DNA of 26,393 nt from Promethearchaeota archaeon (lineage in GTDB: Archaea; Asgardarchaeota; Lokiarchaeia; Sigyniarchaeales; SOKP01), in assembly GCA_048939995.1 (NCBI GenBank), contig JBHLOY010000020.1, positions 1 through 26,393 of the forward strand. The letters are read 5' to 3'. The notes beneath the pieces were generated by a model. It saw only the letters and a list, made by a program, of their open reading frames with translations, was not told the origin of the DNA and did not search any database. Shown here one piece after another: positions 1-8,937 of this stretch (position 1 is its first letter; every line of letters begins with the position of its first letter). The position numbers and the translations under genes were made by a program.

Positions 1-486
1 CCATACTATAATAGTTGTATTTAATGTATCCCCAAGTCTATCCATATCACCATCACTCGCAGTGAACACAAATTTATAACTCCCTAAATTGTTAGGTACC
101 TGATAAATTCCACTAGGATCTAAAGACAAACCCGAAAAATCTGAAGCATTAACTATAAGCTCTCCCGGATTTCCATCAGTATAATCTCCGGTATAAATAT
201 AAGAGATTTCTGGATGTAAAGTGTCATCATCAGTAATGTTAATCCATACTACAATAGTTGCATTTAATGTATCCCCAGGTCTGTCGATGTCAAGATCACT
301 TGCAGTGAACACAAATTTATGATTCCCTATGGTGTTAGGTACCTGATAAATTCCACTGGGATCTAAAGATAAACCCGAAAAATCTGAAGCACTAACTATG
401 AGTTCTCCTGGATTTCCATCAGTATAATCTCCGGAATATGTATAATAAATGTCTGGTGATTCATCATCATCATCAACAATATTAAA
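1..486 (-). repeat. Coding tandem repeat, 243-nt (81-aa) period, at least 2 copies
   Basis: CCATAC at 1 and 244; AGTGAACACAAATTTAT at 61 and 304; CCATCAGTATAATCTCCGG at 173 and 416. Unit consensus I.DDD...P.I.Y.Y.GDYTDGNPGELIV.ASDFSGLSLDPSGIYQVPN..G..KFVFTASD.D.DR.GDTLN.TI.VW. Confidence 0.95.
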
Positions 487-1275
487 AAATTCTAAAGTTT
501 CAACATAATCATCTAATAAAATATTAAGAAAATATTCTACTTTAGCTATTAAAGATACATTCTCTTCAATAGTGTTAGTATTAATTATTATTGGGCCAAC
601 AATATGGTTTTCAGCATTACCATCTATATTCATTGGATCAGATAACTCTAAATTGAGAAGATCATATACCTTAATATAATGATTTCCCGATTCATTATAC
701 CATTTTCCATTAGAATTTTCAGATTTTAAATATATTTCTAAATGATCTGCGACATACCACATAGATGGTGATGATTCAACCTCAACATTAACATATAACT
801 TTAATTGATTATCATCATGTTTAGAGAAAAAAATATCTCCAATATGAACAGTATTGTGAATTAATTGGCTTTTTAAGGCTGTAATATGTTCTTCACTTAA
901 GGAATTATTATATTTTCCCATTACGTAGGTAGTGAAGATATCAATATTATTCTCAAAAAGAGGATCATTTTTAATTGTATTATTTAAATTATCTTCGGTA
1001 TTATTATATATCTGTAAGATTATATAACTTCGCCAATCTAAATAGCTCCAATTAACAGCATCTTGGGCGTATACATCACTCCAAAATTTTTGGAACATTT
1101 GATAAGTTGAAAGGTTTCCAGAATCTTGAATTCCGCCACTCAAACAAATAGTTGAAACATTTTCGTTTGATTGATTGAAATCAGAATTAAAAAAATTATC
1201 TTGACTTATAAATACAGCTGCAAAAAGGCAAAAAAACAATGCTATCATTGACAATATTAGTATTTTAATTTTCAT
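1..1275 (-). CDS. Secreted/cell-surface protein with tandem Asp-rich Ig/cadherin-like repeats (3' end runs off the window)
   Basis: Translated by hand and not in the ORF track. ATG at 1275 with an in-frame TAA at 1296-1294 upstream; open to position 1. N-terminus MKIKILILSMIALFFCLFAAVFISQ looks like a signal peptide/anchor. Two copies of an 81-aa unit at the window edge. Confidence 0.85.
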   Translation of the reverse strand, partial: MKIKILILSMIALFFCLFAAVFISQDNFFNSDFNQSNENVSTICLSGGIQDSGNLSTYQMFQKFWSDVYAQDAVNWSYLDWRSYIILQIYNNTEDNLNNTIKNDPLFENNIDIFTTYVMGKYNNSLSEEHITALKSQLIHNTVHIGDIFFSKHDDNQLKLYVNVEVESSPSMWYVADHLEIYLKSENSNGKWYNESGNHYIKVYDLLNLELSDPMNIDGNAENHIVGPIIINTNTIEENVSLIAKVEYFLNILLDDYVETLEFFNIVDDDDESPDIYYTYSGDYTDGNPGELIVSASDFSGLSLDPSGIYQVPNTIGNHKFVFTASDLDIDRPGDTLNATIVVWINITDDDTLHPEISYIYTGDYTDGNPGELIVNASDFSGLSLDPSGIYQVPNNLGSYKFVFTASDGDMDRLGDTLNTTIIVW

Positions 1276-1624
1276 AAGTCGAAAGTGTATATATTAATTG
1301 AGAAAATATTGTCATACTATATCTATGGCAAATGATAAGATTATTGTTACATATTTAAATCTTAAGTAAATTAACCAAATTCCAGTTTTTCATATGATAG
1401 AAAAGAAAATTGAGAGATTTGGAAGAAAAATGGATATTTCTTAAAAGATGAGAGATTTTTTTTGTTAACTATTAACCAGCTAATACTTTTTTAGTGTATT
1501 GTTTTTTGTAATAGACTTTTTTGTCGGCGCTAAATTTAGATAAATTCAATTTATTCACATGAAAAAAAAGAAATATTAATATTTTTCACATGCTATTTTT
1601 GGTAGATTAAAAAAGATCAAAATA

Positions 1625-2287
1625 TCAACAAAATTTATTATAAAATTCATTATTTAGAAAATATAAAGCTTTATTTGTTAGAGACTTTTTAGAGAGAATC
1701 CCATTTTCATGAAGTTTATCGATATATTTAGCGACTGTAGTTGAATGCATCTTTAATTGTTCTGAAATTTGAGTTCTTGTTGTACCTTCTTGATGTTCTT
1801 TTAGAAAATTTATTATTTCTTTGCATTTATCTTTTGAAATTAGATATAATATCATCCTATCTTCAGATTTTATACTGACATCGAAATAGACTTCTTTATT
1901 CTCGATTTTCTCTTTAGAAATATACATAAATTTGATTAAAATATTTAAATGCCACTCCACTACAGGAATATTTAGATCTAAATTAGATACAATATTATAA
2001 AAGAAAACTCCGGGATTATTTTGAATATAATTATAAATTTTCTTTCTATTTGAATTTAAAAGAATTTCATTTCTGGTAAGCTTTGACCCTTCTACTATAA
2101 AATTTTTTTCTATAAGAGATTTTAAAATAGTTCTGATACCATTTATGTTAACATTTATACCAGATTTTGCAAATCTAGAACTTATAAACGGGATAATATC
2201 ATTTATACGGAAGAATTTATTCTCTTCTAAATATTCATTAATTATTTCTAAAACATTATCTTCAAAACTAGTAATATATTCTCCCAT
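1625..2287 (-). CDS. Winged helix-turn-helix transcriptional regulator with tandem wHTH domains (COG3398-like)
   Basis: NSNRKKIYNYIQNNPG...VVEWHLNIL and EIINFLKEHQEGTTRTQISEQLKMHSTTVAKYIDKLHENGIL are typical archaeal double-wHTH signatures. Confidence 0.8.
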   Translation of the reverse strand: MGEYITSFEDNVLEIINEYLEENKFFRINDIIPFISSRFAKSGINVNINGIRTILKSLIEKNFIVEGSKLTRNEILLNSNRKKIYNYIQNNPGVFFYNIVSNLDLNIPVVEWHLNILIKFMYISKEKIENKEVYFDVSIKSEDRMILYLISKDKCKEIINFLKEHQEGTTRTQISEQLKMHSTTVAKYIDKLHENGILSKKSLTNKALYFLNNEFYNKFC

Positions 2288-2321
2288 TTTATGATAACTT
2301 ACACAAGATTTTATTATTTAT

Positions 2322-5195
2322 TCAGTCTTTAGCTAATTTATCTAAAATACGATTTATAATTATATCTCTTTCTTTCGGAGTTAATGAAAGCATTTCTTTT
2401 ATGAATCCGATTTTCATATCTCCCTTAAATCCTAATGCATCAACCAAATTTAAAAATTTTTCTGAAAGAATTGTTAATTCTATTTTTTCTAATTGATTTC
2501 TCCTCTTCAATGTTATATTCTCATCAAAAATTTGTAGTAGTAAATCTTTATTAGTTAAATTTTTAAGAATATCTTTTGAGCTTTGATCTGAGCCTAAAAA
2601 TCGTCTTAATTTAATATTTTCAATTATTTCATTCCTTTCGGTCGGAGATAATGCAAGCATTTCCCTTAAGAATTCTTGTTTATTATATTCATCAAATCCT
2701 AACTCATCAATTTTCCTCAGAAATTCATTATTTACGGTTGTAAGAATAATTTTTTCTGTTTCGTCTTTATCAACAATAAGGTTATCTTTATCAAATTTAT
2801 TTAAAAGTAATTTTTTATTAGAAAAAGTATTCATAATTTCTTTAGCTGAAGATACATACCGGGATTGATAAACTTTCTCATCTTCTTCAAATAATGGAGT
2901 TATTTCTCTACTTTTTCTCATATTTCTTTTCTGATAATAATAATGTGAACTTCTTGTTACTACAACTACAGAAGCAATTGATAAAAAGAAGATGAAGATC
3001 GTTACAATGCCTTCTTCAAATTCAAGTTTTTTAATTATTGTAACATCTTCATAACTGGTATATCCCATCGTATCATTCGCATAGAATCTAATAGTTAAAG
3101 AACCTTGAGGTATATTATTCCATAATGTTTGGTTAATTTTTCCACTCAAATTTGTTATCGTTATATTATTTAATCCACCATCGAGCGTATACCATACTTT
3201 ATCTAAGTTAGGTTCAATAATCGAAAGATTATAGGAAGGAGCAATACTTCCAAAAGTATGATTAGCTTGAGGTGTTAAAATAGTGATTATTGGCTCAGAA
3301 TCATCAATTAAATAATTAAAATTATTGAGTCTTATTGTAAAATATTCTTTTCCGTTATTATATTCTGAATAAGTACTTAATAAACCAAATGATGTGTAAG
3401 TATACTCGAATTCAATGATATCACCCATTATAGATAGCCTCATTATAAACCCGTTTGAAATTGAGGTGATATCTGATCGAGTTAAATCAAGAGAAGCCCA
3501 ATTTACTTCTATTGGCAAAAAGTATCTATTTAGCAGAGTAAATCTAGTCAAATTTGGAGCTAAATAATATATTTCAGGATGCTTTTCTGCAGAAAAAGGA
3601 CTTATCGCCAATGCAGCCTTAGAATTATTAGTAATAATTAAAGAACGATTTAAATGTGAGTCAAAACCCCCAATAAAATCAATTTTTAAACTAAAGATGT
3701 CAGGCATTTTACTATAATTCCTAAAAGGTATTTGGGGAGCATTTCTTTCACTATAAAAAACACCATAAGTATAGATATCTGATTCATTTACACTTATAAA
3801 TGATGGTTTAGATGCTTCATAAAAATTATAGATGGTAAATATTGATTTTTTATCTGAATTTTCCCAAGACTGATTTACGTAATAAAAATCCATCCAATCT
3901 AATAAACCATATTTATTATAACGGGCGTTTCTTCCAAATTGGATGTTATGGCCTTCTATAATTGCTGAAAACATTACCGTATCTCCTAATTCTACATAAT
4001 CTCCAGCACTTCCAAAACTGCTTATTCGGGAATAAGATTCAGTAAGATTTGATCTGTTAAGATAATGAAAAATAGGATTTGGTATAATAAATGGAAAAAT
4101 ATTAGTTAAATTATGAGGGAAAGTATAATTTAATGGTTCCTTTCGAAATATTAATAGATCGTTTCCATCTGGTGTATTGCTAAAATTATCTTCTCTACTA
4201 GTCCAGTTCCATATGGAATAATTCATAGTCCAATGAGTTGAGTTTTCAGCAATATCAGTTATATTTATTTTGATTTTAGCGAGCTTTTCGGGTTCCGGAA
4301 AAAGACCATACATAGTTTCCCAATTCAATCCAAAAATCTTATTCATATTTATATTATCTATTTCCGATACAATCCAAGTATATTCATTATTAATTGCGGC
4401 ATCGAGAGAATAATTAATCTCAGCTAAGCTATTAAAACTAAATTCGATCGCTTTATTTATATAAGGTAAATTATTCTTATTAATATCAGAAAAAGAGTTG
4501 TAATTGGTTAGATCTCCATGATCTAATCCTACAATTGCATCATATTGCTCTAAATAATTGATATTTTGATATTGGAATTTAATCATTCCAGATTGATTAA
4601 AAATAACTTCAAAATTTCCAATATAATTATTGTCATTACTATAAATGTTGTGATATTCTATTACTAAATAATTGTTGGGTGCTATCCCACGAAATTCATA
4701 AAATATCTCTCCTCCATTAATAGGATTTAAATCAACACAGAGTAATGCTACACAGTCTATATTCTCATCACTTAAATTCGGAATTGATTCACATGTAGAA
4801 CTTGTGTCTCCTAAATTAGTAAAACTCATCCAGCCATTTGAGCTAACATAAACAGTCTCATATTGCGTTTCATAGTAAGTAAAATTCCAACCTTGACTGC
4901 TAAATGAAATGATTTCAAAATCATCATTTTTATCTGAAATATTCATAAGAATGCCTGATGTTGAGATCTCAATCCAGGAATAAGTTGTGGCCTCATTTGT
5001 AATATATCCTCCACCATTAGATGAAGAGATTCTTGGAATACCTTTTTTTCTTATCATATTTGATTCTTGATTAAATTTTATAAAATTTAAGCAAAATGGA
5101 GTAAACCATACTATTAATATAAATAGAACTAGTAAAGATCTCAGAAATCTTTCATTTTTTATATGATTACTTAAATTACAATCTCTTTTCCCCAA
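2322..5195 (-). CDS. Large membrane-anchored surface/receptor-like protein (nidogen-like N-domain, Ig-like domain, TM helix, duplicated cytoplasmic domain)
   Basis: N-terminal hydrophobic segment LLVLFILIVWFTPFCL; FTYY...VYVSSNGWMSF...FEVIF...IKFQY (nidogen/NIDO-like); DDSEPIITILTP...VWYTLDGG...IRFYANDTMG (archaeal Ig-like); TM IVTIFIFFLSIASVVVVT followed by basic residues; many N-x-S/T sequons. Confidence 0.75.
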   Translation of the reverse strand: MGKRDCNLSNHIKNERFLRSLLVLFILIVWFTPFCLNFIKFNQESNMIRKKGIPRISSSNGGGYITNEATTYSWIEISTSGILMNISDKNDDFEIISFSSQGWNFTYYETQYETVYVSSNGWMSFTNLGDTSSTCESIPNLSDENIDCVALLCVDLNPINGGEIFYEFRGIAPNNYLVIEYHNIYSNDNNYIGNFEVIFNQSGMIKFQYQNINYLEQYDAIVGLDHGDLTNYNSFSDINKNNLPYINKAIEFSFNSLAEINYSLDAAINNEYTWIVSEIDNINMNKIFGLNWETMYGLFPEPEKLAKIKINITDIAENSTHWTMNYSIWNWTSREDNFSNTPDGNDLLIFRKEPLNYTFPHNLTNIFPFIIPNPIFHYLNRSNLTESYSRISSFGSAGDYVELGDTVMFSAIIEGHNIQFGRNARYNKYGLLDWMDFYYVNQSWENSDKKSIFTIYNFYEASKPSFISVNESDIYTYGVFYSERNAPQIPFRNYSKMPDIFSLKIDFIGGFDSHLNRSLIITNNSKAALAISPFSAEKHPEIYYLAPNLTRFTLLNRYFLPIEVNWASLDLTRSDITSISNGFIMRLSIMGDIIEFEYTYTSFGLLSTYSEYNNGKEYFTIRLNNFNYLIDDSEPIITILTPQANHTFGSIAPSYNLSIIEPNLDKVWYTLDGGLNNITITNLSGKINQTLWNNIPQGSLTIRFYANDTMGYTSYEDVTIIKKLEFEEGIVTIFIFFLSIASVVVVTRSSHYYYQKRNMRKSREITPLFEEDEKVYQSRYVSSAKEIMNTFSNKKLLLNKFDKDNLIVDKDETEKIILTTVNNEFLRKIDELGFDEYNKQEFLREMLALSPTERNEIIENIKLRRFLGSDQSSKDILKNLTNKDLLLQIFDENITLKRRNQLEKIELTILSEKFLNLVDALGFKGDMKIGFIKEMLSLTPKERDIIINRILDKLAKD
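2325..2850 (-). repeat. Internal duplication of an ~89-aa cytoplasmic helical domain
   Basis: SAKEIMNTFSNKKLLL..FD...LTTVNNEFLRKIDELGFD..NKQEFLREMLALSPTERNEII versus SSKDILKNLTNKDLLL..FD...LTILSEKFLNLVDALGFK..MKIGFIKEMLSLTPKERDIII. The EML Met codons at 2660 and 2393 are 267 nt apart. Confidence 0.85.
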
Positions 5196-5510
5196 ATCCT
5201 TAACTCTTTTTATATATAAATTATCTTAAAATAAAATCTCAGAGATTTCATTTGTAAAAATATTATTATTAATGTTTTTTTCATTTGACCTAAAAAACTT
5301 TTTATAGGGTATTGCTACTTTTTTAAGCTGTATCCTTAATTCATGAATTTCATTCCAATATGATATTTTTTCCAACCAAGACAGACTCTCTAATTTTTAT
5401 TTATAATCAAATTATTTAGTAACCAAATCATTTTATGTGGTTAGTTTTTGTTTTAGAAATGGATTGTTAGAGTATATACAGGAAGTTAAAACTCTGCACA
5501 CTTATGATAA

Positions 5511-6074
5511 TTATACCGGCACTTTGGAACTCAAAATTATTTTTGCTAACTGATTAAATGCTTCATCAATTTCAAAATTATGTCCAGAGGAAACCTCTAG
5601 ATAAACACATCCTTCATTTTCCGCAAATTGTTTGGCATCAATTGAGTATGTTAAAATATCATCTTTCTCCAGAAAGCAAGGCTTTTTTCCTATTAATACA
5701 TATGGAAATTCTTGCAAATTGAATTCTCGAATCTTTGAGAGATATTTGCTTAATTGGTTATAAGTTTTTAATTTTGTAAGATCAAAAACAATAAATGCTA
5801 TCCCCTCTTCTTTACGATATAAATCTTTAATTACTTCAAATATATTTATTCCACTTATATCCCATATTGAGAGAGTGATATTTTGCTCCTTGTCAAACTT
5901 TATGTCCTTTTTCAAAATATCTATCCCAACTGACAATTTGTAGTTGATACCAAATTTCTTTTTAATGTCTTTTTGAAGAAATTCATTTCTGCCTAAATCT
6001 GCGAGAATAATTTTAATATTAATATCTGTTAATACTTCCGTAAATCCGAAACTATTTTTATTATATAGTGAAAT
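5511..6074 (-). CDS. Degenerate Rab-like small GTPase (pseudo-GTPase); start uncertain (ATT 6074 proposed, first canonical start TTG 5936)
   Basis: The frame is open upstream to the TAG at 6092-6090 and encodes INIKIILADLGRNEFLQK..KFGINYKLSVGIDIL (beta1 plus eroded P-loop). Then ITLSIWDISG (G3), IVFDLT, VLIGKKP (eroded G4), YLEVSSG (eroded G5), IDEAFNQLAKII. Confidence 0.7.
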   Translation of the reverse strand: MSLYNKNSFGFTEVLTDINIKIILADLGRNEFLQKDIKKKFGINYKLSVGIDILKKDIKFDKEQNITLSIWDISGINIFEVIKDLYRKEEGIAFIVFDLTKLKTYNQLSKYLSKIREFNLQEFPYVLIGKKPCFLEKDDILTYSIDAKQFAENEGCVYLEVSSGHNFEIDEAFNQLAKIILSSKVPV

Positions 6075-6541
6075 ATATGAACACCTTAACTATGTTATTT
6101 TAAATAAAACTTCTAGGAGCATATTTAAATCCATCTATAAAAAATCTGAAATATCTATTTTTAAGAATTAATTTCTTGCTAAAATTCATAAAGCTGATTT
6201 TAAATTCTTTAAAAGATTTTAAATATTTTTCACTAAAGGTTAAACATTTTTATCAAAAACATTTCTAATCAAAATTGTCGTTCTGAATAAACAATTATAA
6301 CAAAATAAAATAAGGACTTTCAAAAAAAGACCCAGATTTAAAAGAATTTCTACAAAAATCTCGACTAAATGGATTTATTAGAATCCTTAAAAAGAATTTT
6401 ATTAGGGGGAGTAAGAAAAAGATTATATAAGAAAAATAGGTTAAGAAGGGAATACTAGCATAAATTGATTTTAATAAATCTTTATCTAATACCTAAAATA
6501 ATAAACAATAAGATTTTACTTTCTAATTACAAAGGTTAAAT

Positions 6542-7981
6542 ATGATGGATTTAGAAAAACTTTTCAAACCAAATTCAATGGCAGTTGTAGGAATATCAAA
6601 AAAGAACCCTTTAAGTCCTGGAAGAATCGTATTAGTAAAAAATGAGTTTGAAATGAATGTGAAAGTTTATGGTATATATCCAAATGGAGGTGAGATAGAA
6701 GGCATACATTTGTATGAGCGCTTAGATAAATTACCAGAAATTCCTGACCTTCTAGTAATAGCACTGGGTCCAGATGATACTCTAGGATATATTCAAGACT
6801 GTGCTGATTTGAAAATCCCCGCAAGTGTTATAATTGGGAGTGGTTTTGCGGAAGTTGGCATTGAAGGTAGAAAAAGACAGGATAAATTAGAAAAAATTGC
6901 TTTTGAAAATGATATTGCAGTTTTAGGCCCTAATTGTCTTGGAGTTTATGCTCCTCCTTTATTAGATACAATTTTTATGCCAACAGAACGCATTTCCCGT
7001 CCTTCAAAAGGCTCGGTTGCTCTTATAAGTCAAAGCGGGGGCGTTTTGGTAGATCAATTTTTTCACAAATTTTTTGAACGACATGTAGGGGTATCTACAG
7101 CAGTATCGATAGGCAATAGAGCAGTAGTTGATGAAGTTATGTTATTGGAATACTTTAGCAAATATGATAAAGAGTCGACCAACATAGCTTTTTATTTGGA
7201 AGGATTTAAACAAGGAAGGGCTAGAGCCTTTTTAGAGTTGGCAAAAGAATCAGAAGATACAGTCATTACATTTTTTGGAGGTAAAACGAAAGAAGGGAAG
7301 GTGGCTACTCTATCTCATACTGCAAGCTTAGCAGTTAATTATAAAATCTTAGAAGATGCATTAAATCAGTTTCTAATTATAAATCCACATTCAGAAACCG
7401 AATTATTAACCTGTTTAAAAGTTTATGATGTACTTGCTCATCGTAAAAATCCTTTTGGAAAGAATGTTATAACTTACGGGGACGTCGTGATTGTATCGGT
7501 ATCAGGTGGACATGGAGTAATCGCAGCAGATATGTTAAATCGGTATGGTCTTAAACCCGTTATTTTTACTAAAGAAGAAAAAAGAGAAATGAAGGCATTA
7601 GTCAGCCCAGTGGTAAGAGAAATTGCATCATTTAATAATCCTATTGATCTAACAGGCTCTGTACTTGATCAAGATATTGAAAATGTAATAGGATATTTAT
7701 CGGATATCCCACGAATCGAATGTATTATTTTATTAATACTTCCCTATCCTCCAAACATATCACATCAAATTGGAAGAAGAATTGCAAATGTAGTAATGAG
7801 TAAAAACAAACCAGTTGTTTGTTTTATGCCTTTTATTTCCAAGTATGAGTTAATCATTGAATCTTTAGAATTAGCTTATATTCCTACTTTTCATTCTATA
7901 AAAGAAACTGTTCAAGCTGTCTCTGCTTTAAAACATCGAACGCGAATTGATAATCTTAAGAAGGGCATTTTCGATTTTTAA
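6542..7981 (+). CDS. ADP-forming acyl/acetate-CoA ligase alpha-subunit family (CoA-binding) protein
   Basis: LFKPNSMAVVG, GFAEVG, LGPNCLG, ISQSGG, SIGNRA, FYLEG, SHTASLA (phospho-His loop), NPIDLTG; no ATP-grasp domain fused. Confidence 0.85.
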   Translation: MMDLEKLFKPNSMAVVGISKKNPLSPGRIVLVKNEFEMNVKVYGIYPNGGEIEGIHLYERLDKLPEIPDLLVIALGPDDTLGYIQDCADLKIPASVIIGSGFAEVGIEGRKRQDKLEKIAFENDIAVLGPNCLGVYAPPLLDTIFMPTERISRPSKGSVALISQSGGVLVDQFFHKFFERHVGVSTAVSIGNRAVVDEVMLLEYFSKYDKESTNIAFYLEGFKQGRARAFLELAKESEDTVITFFGGKTKEGKVATLSHTASLAVNYKILEDALNQFLIINPHSETELLTCLKVYDVLAHRKNPFGKNVITYGDVVIVSVSGGHGVIAADMLNRYGLKPVIFTKEEKREMKALVSPVVREIASFNNPIDLTGSVLDQDIENVIGYLSDIPRIECIILLILPYPPNISHQIGRRIANVVMSKNKPVVCFMPFISKYELIIESLELAYIPTFHSIKETVQAVSALKHRTRIDNLKKGIFDF

Positions 7982-8032
7982 ATTATTTCAATTTTACAAT
8001 TTCTTAAATTAAATATAATAATTATTTTTAAT

Positions 8033-8932
8033 ATGGAGAATAAAAAAATGAAACAAAAAGTAGGATGGATTGGAACTGGTGTTATGGGAAAGTCTATGTG
8101 TCGCCATATTTTAAATGCTGGATATGAAGTTTCCATTTATAATCGTACTAAAAAAAAATCAGAAGATTTAGTTAAAATAGGGGCCATTTGGCGGCCAAAT
8201 GCAAAAGAAGTAGCTGAAAATAGTGATATAATTTTCACAATTGTAGGATACCCAAAGGATGTAGAGGAAATATTTTTTGGTGAACAGGGAATTATGGAGG
8301 GAATTAAACCAAATTCTATTATAGTGGATATGACCACTTCTGAGCCTACATTAGCTCAGAGAATTTATCAACAAATCCAAATGAAAGAATCTTTTTTTAT
8401 AGATGCACCAGTCTCGGGAGGAGATATTGGAGCCCGTGAGGGCACTCTTGCTATAATGGCAGGAGGAGATAAAGAAATCTATGAAAAAGTTTTACCGTTT
8501 TTCAATTTAATGGGGAAGAATGTTGCATATATGGGGAAAGCAGGAGCAGGACAACACACTAAGATGAGTAATCAAATTCTCATTGCTTCCACTATGATTG
8601 GAGTTGTGGAATCACTCTTGTATGCATATAAAGCTGGAAATGATTTGATTAAAGTGATTAACGTCATAGGTAAAGGAGCAGCTGGATGTTGGTCAATCAA
8701 TAATTTAGGCCCCAGAATTGTAAAAGAAAATTTTGATCCAGGATTCTTTATAAAGCATTTTGTAAAAGATATGGGTATCGCACTTCAAGAAGCAAAGCAA
8801 ATGAATTTAGCTCTTCCAGGATTAGCATTAGCTTACCAATTTTATGTCTCAGCAATAGCTATGGGTTTAGAGAATCTTGGGACCCAAGGGTTATATAAAG
8901 TGTTCGCAAAAATGAATGGAATAGAAACTTGA
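8033..8932 (+). CDS. 3-hydroxyisobutyrate dehydrogenase-family NAD(P)-dependent oxidoreductase
   Basis: VGWIGTGVMGKSM Rossmann motif, DAPVSGGDIGA, GAGQHTKMSNQ (catalytic Lys), FFIKHFVKDMGIAL. Confidence 0.92.
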   Translation: MENKKMKQKVGWIGTGVMGKSMCRHILNAGYEVSIYNRTKKKSEDLVKIGAIWRPNAKEVAENSDIIFTIVGYPKDVEEIFFGEQGIMEGIKPNSIIVDMTTSEPTLAQRIYQQIQMKESFFIDAPVSGGDIGAREGTLAIMAGGDKEIYEKVLPFFNLMGKNVAYMGKAGAGQHTKMSNQILIASTMIGVVESLLYAYKAGNDLIKVINVIGKGAAGCWSINNLGPRIVKENFDPGFFIKHFVKDMGIALQEAKQMNLALPGLALAYQFYVSAIAMGLENLGTQGLYKVFAKMNGIET

Positions 8933-8937
8933 TTTAC

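Noticed and set aside
1-486. Direct repeats as a CRISPR array or mobile-element ends
   Set aside because: The 243-nt period is a multiple of 3, there are no unique spacers, and the repeats lie in an open frame with many synonymous differences
6542-7981. Missing ATP-grasp beta subunit next to the ACD alpha gene as an anomaly
   Set aside because: Separately encoded alpha and beta subunits are common in archaea
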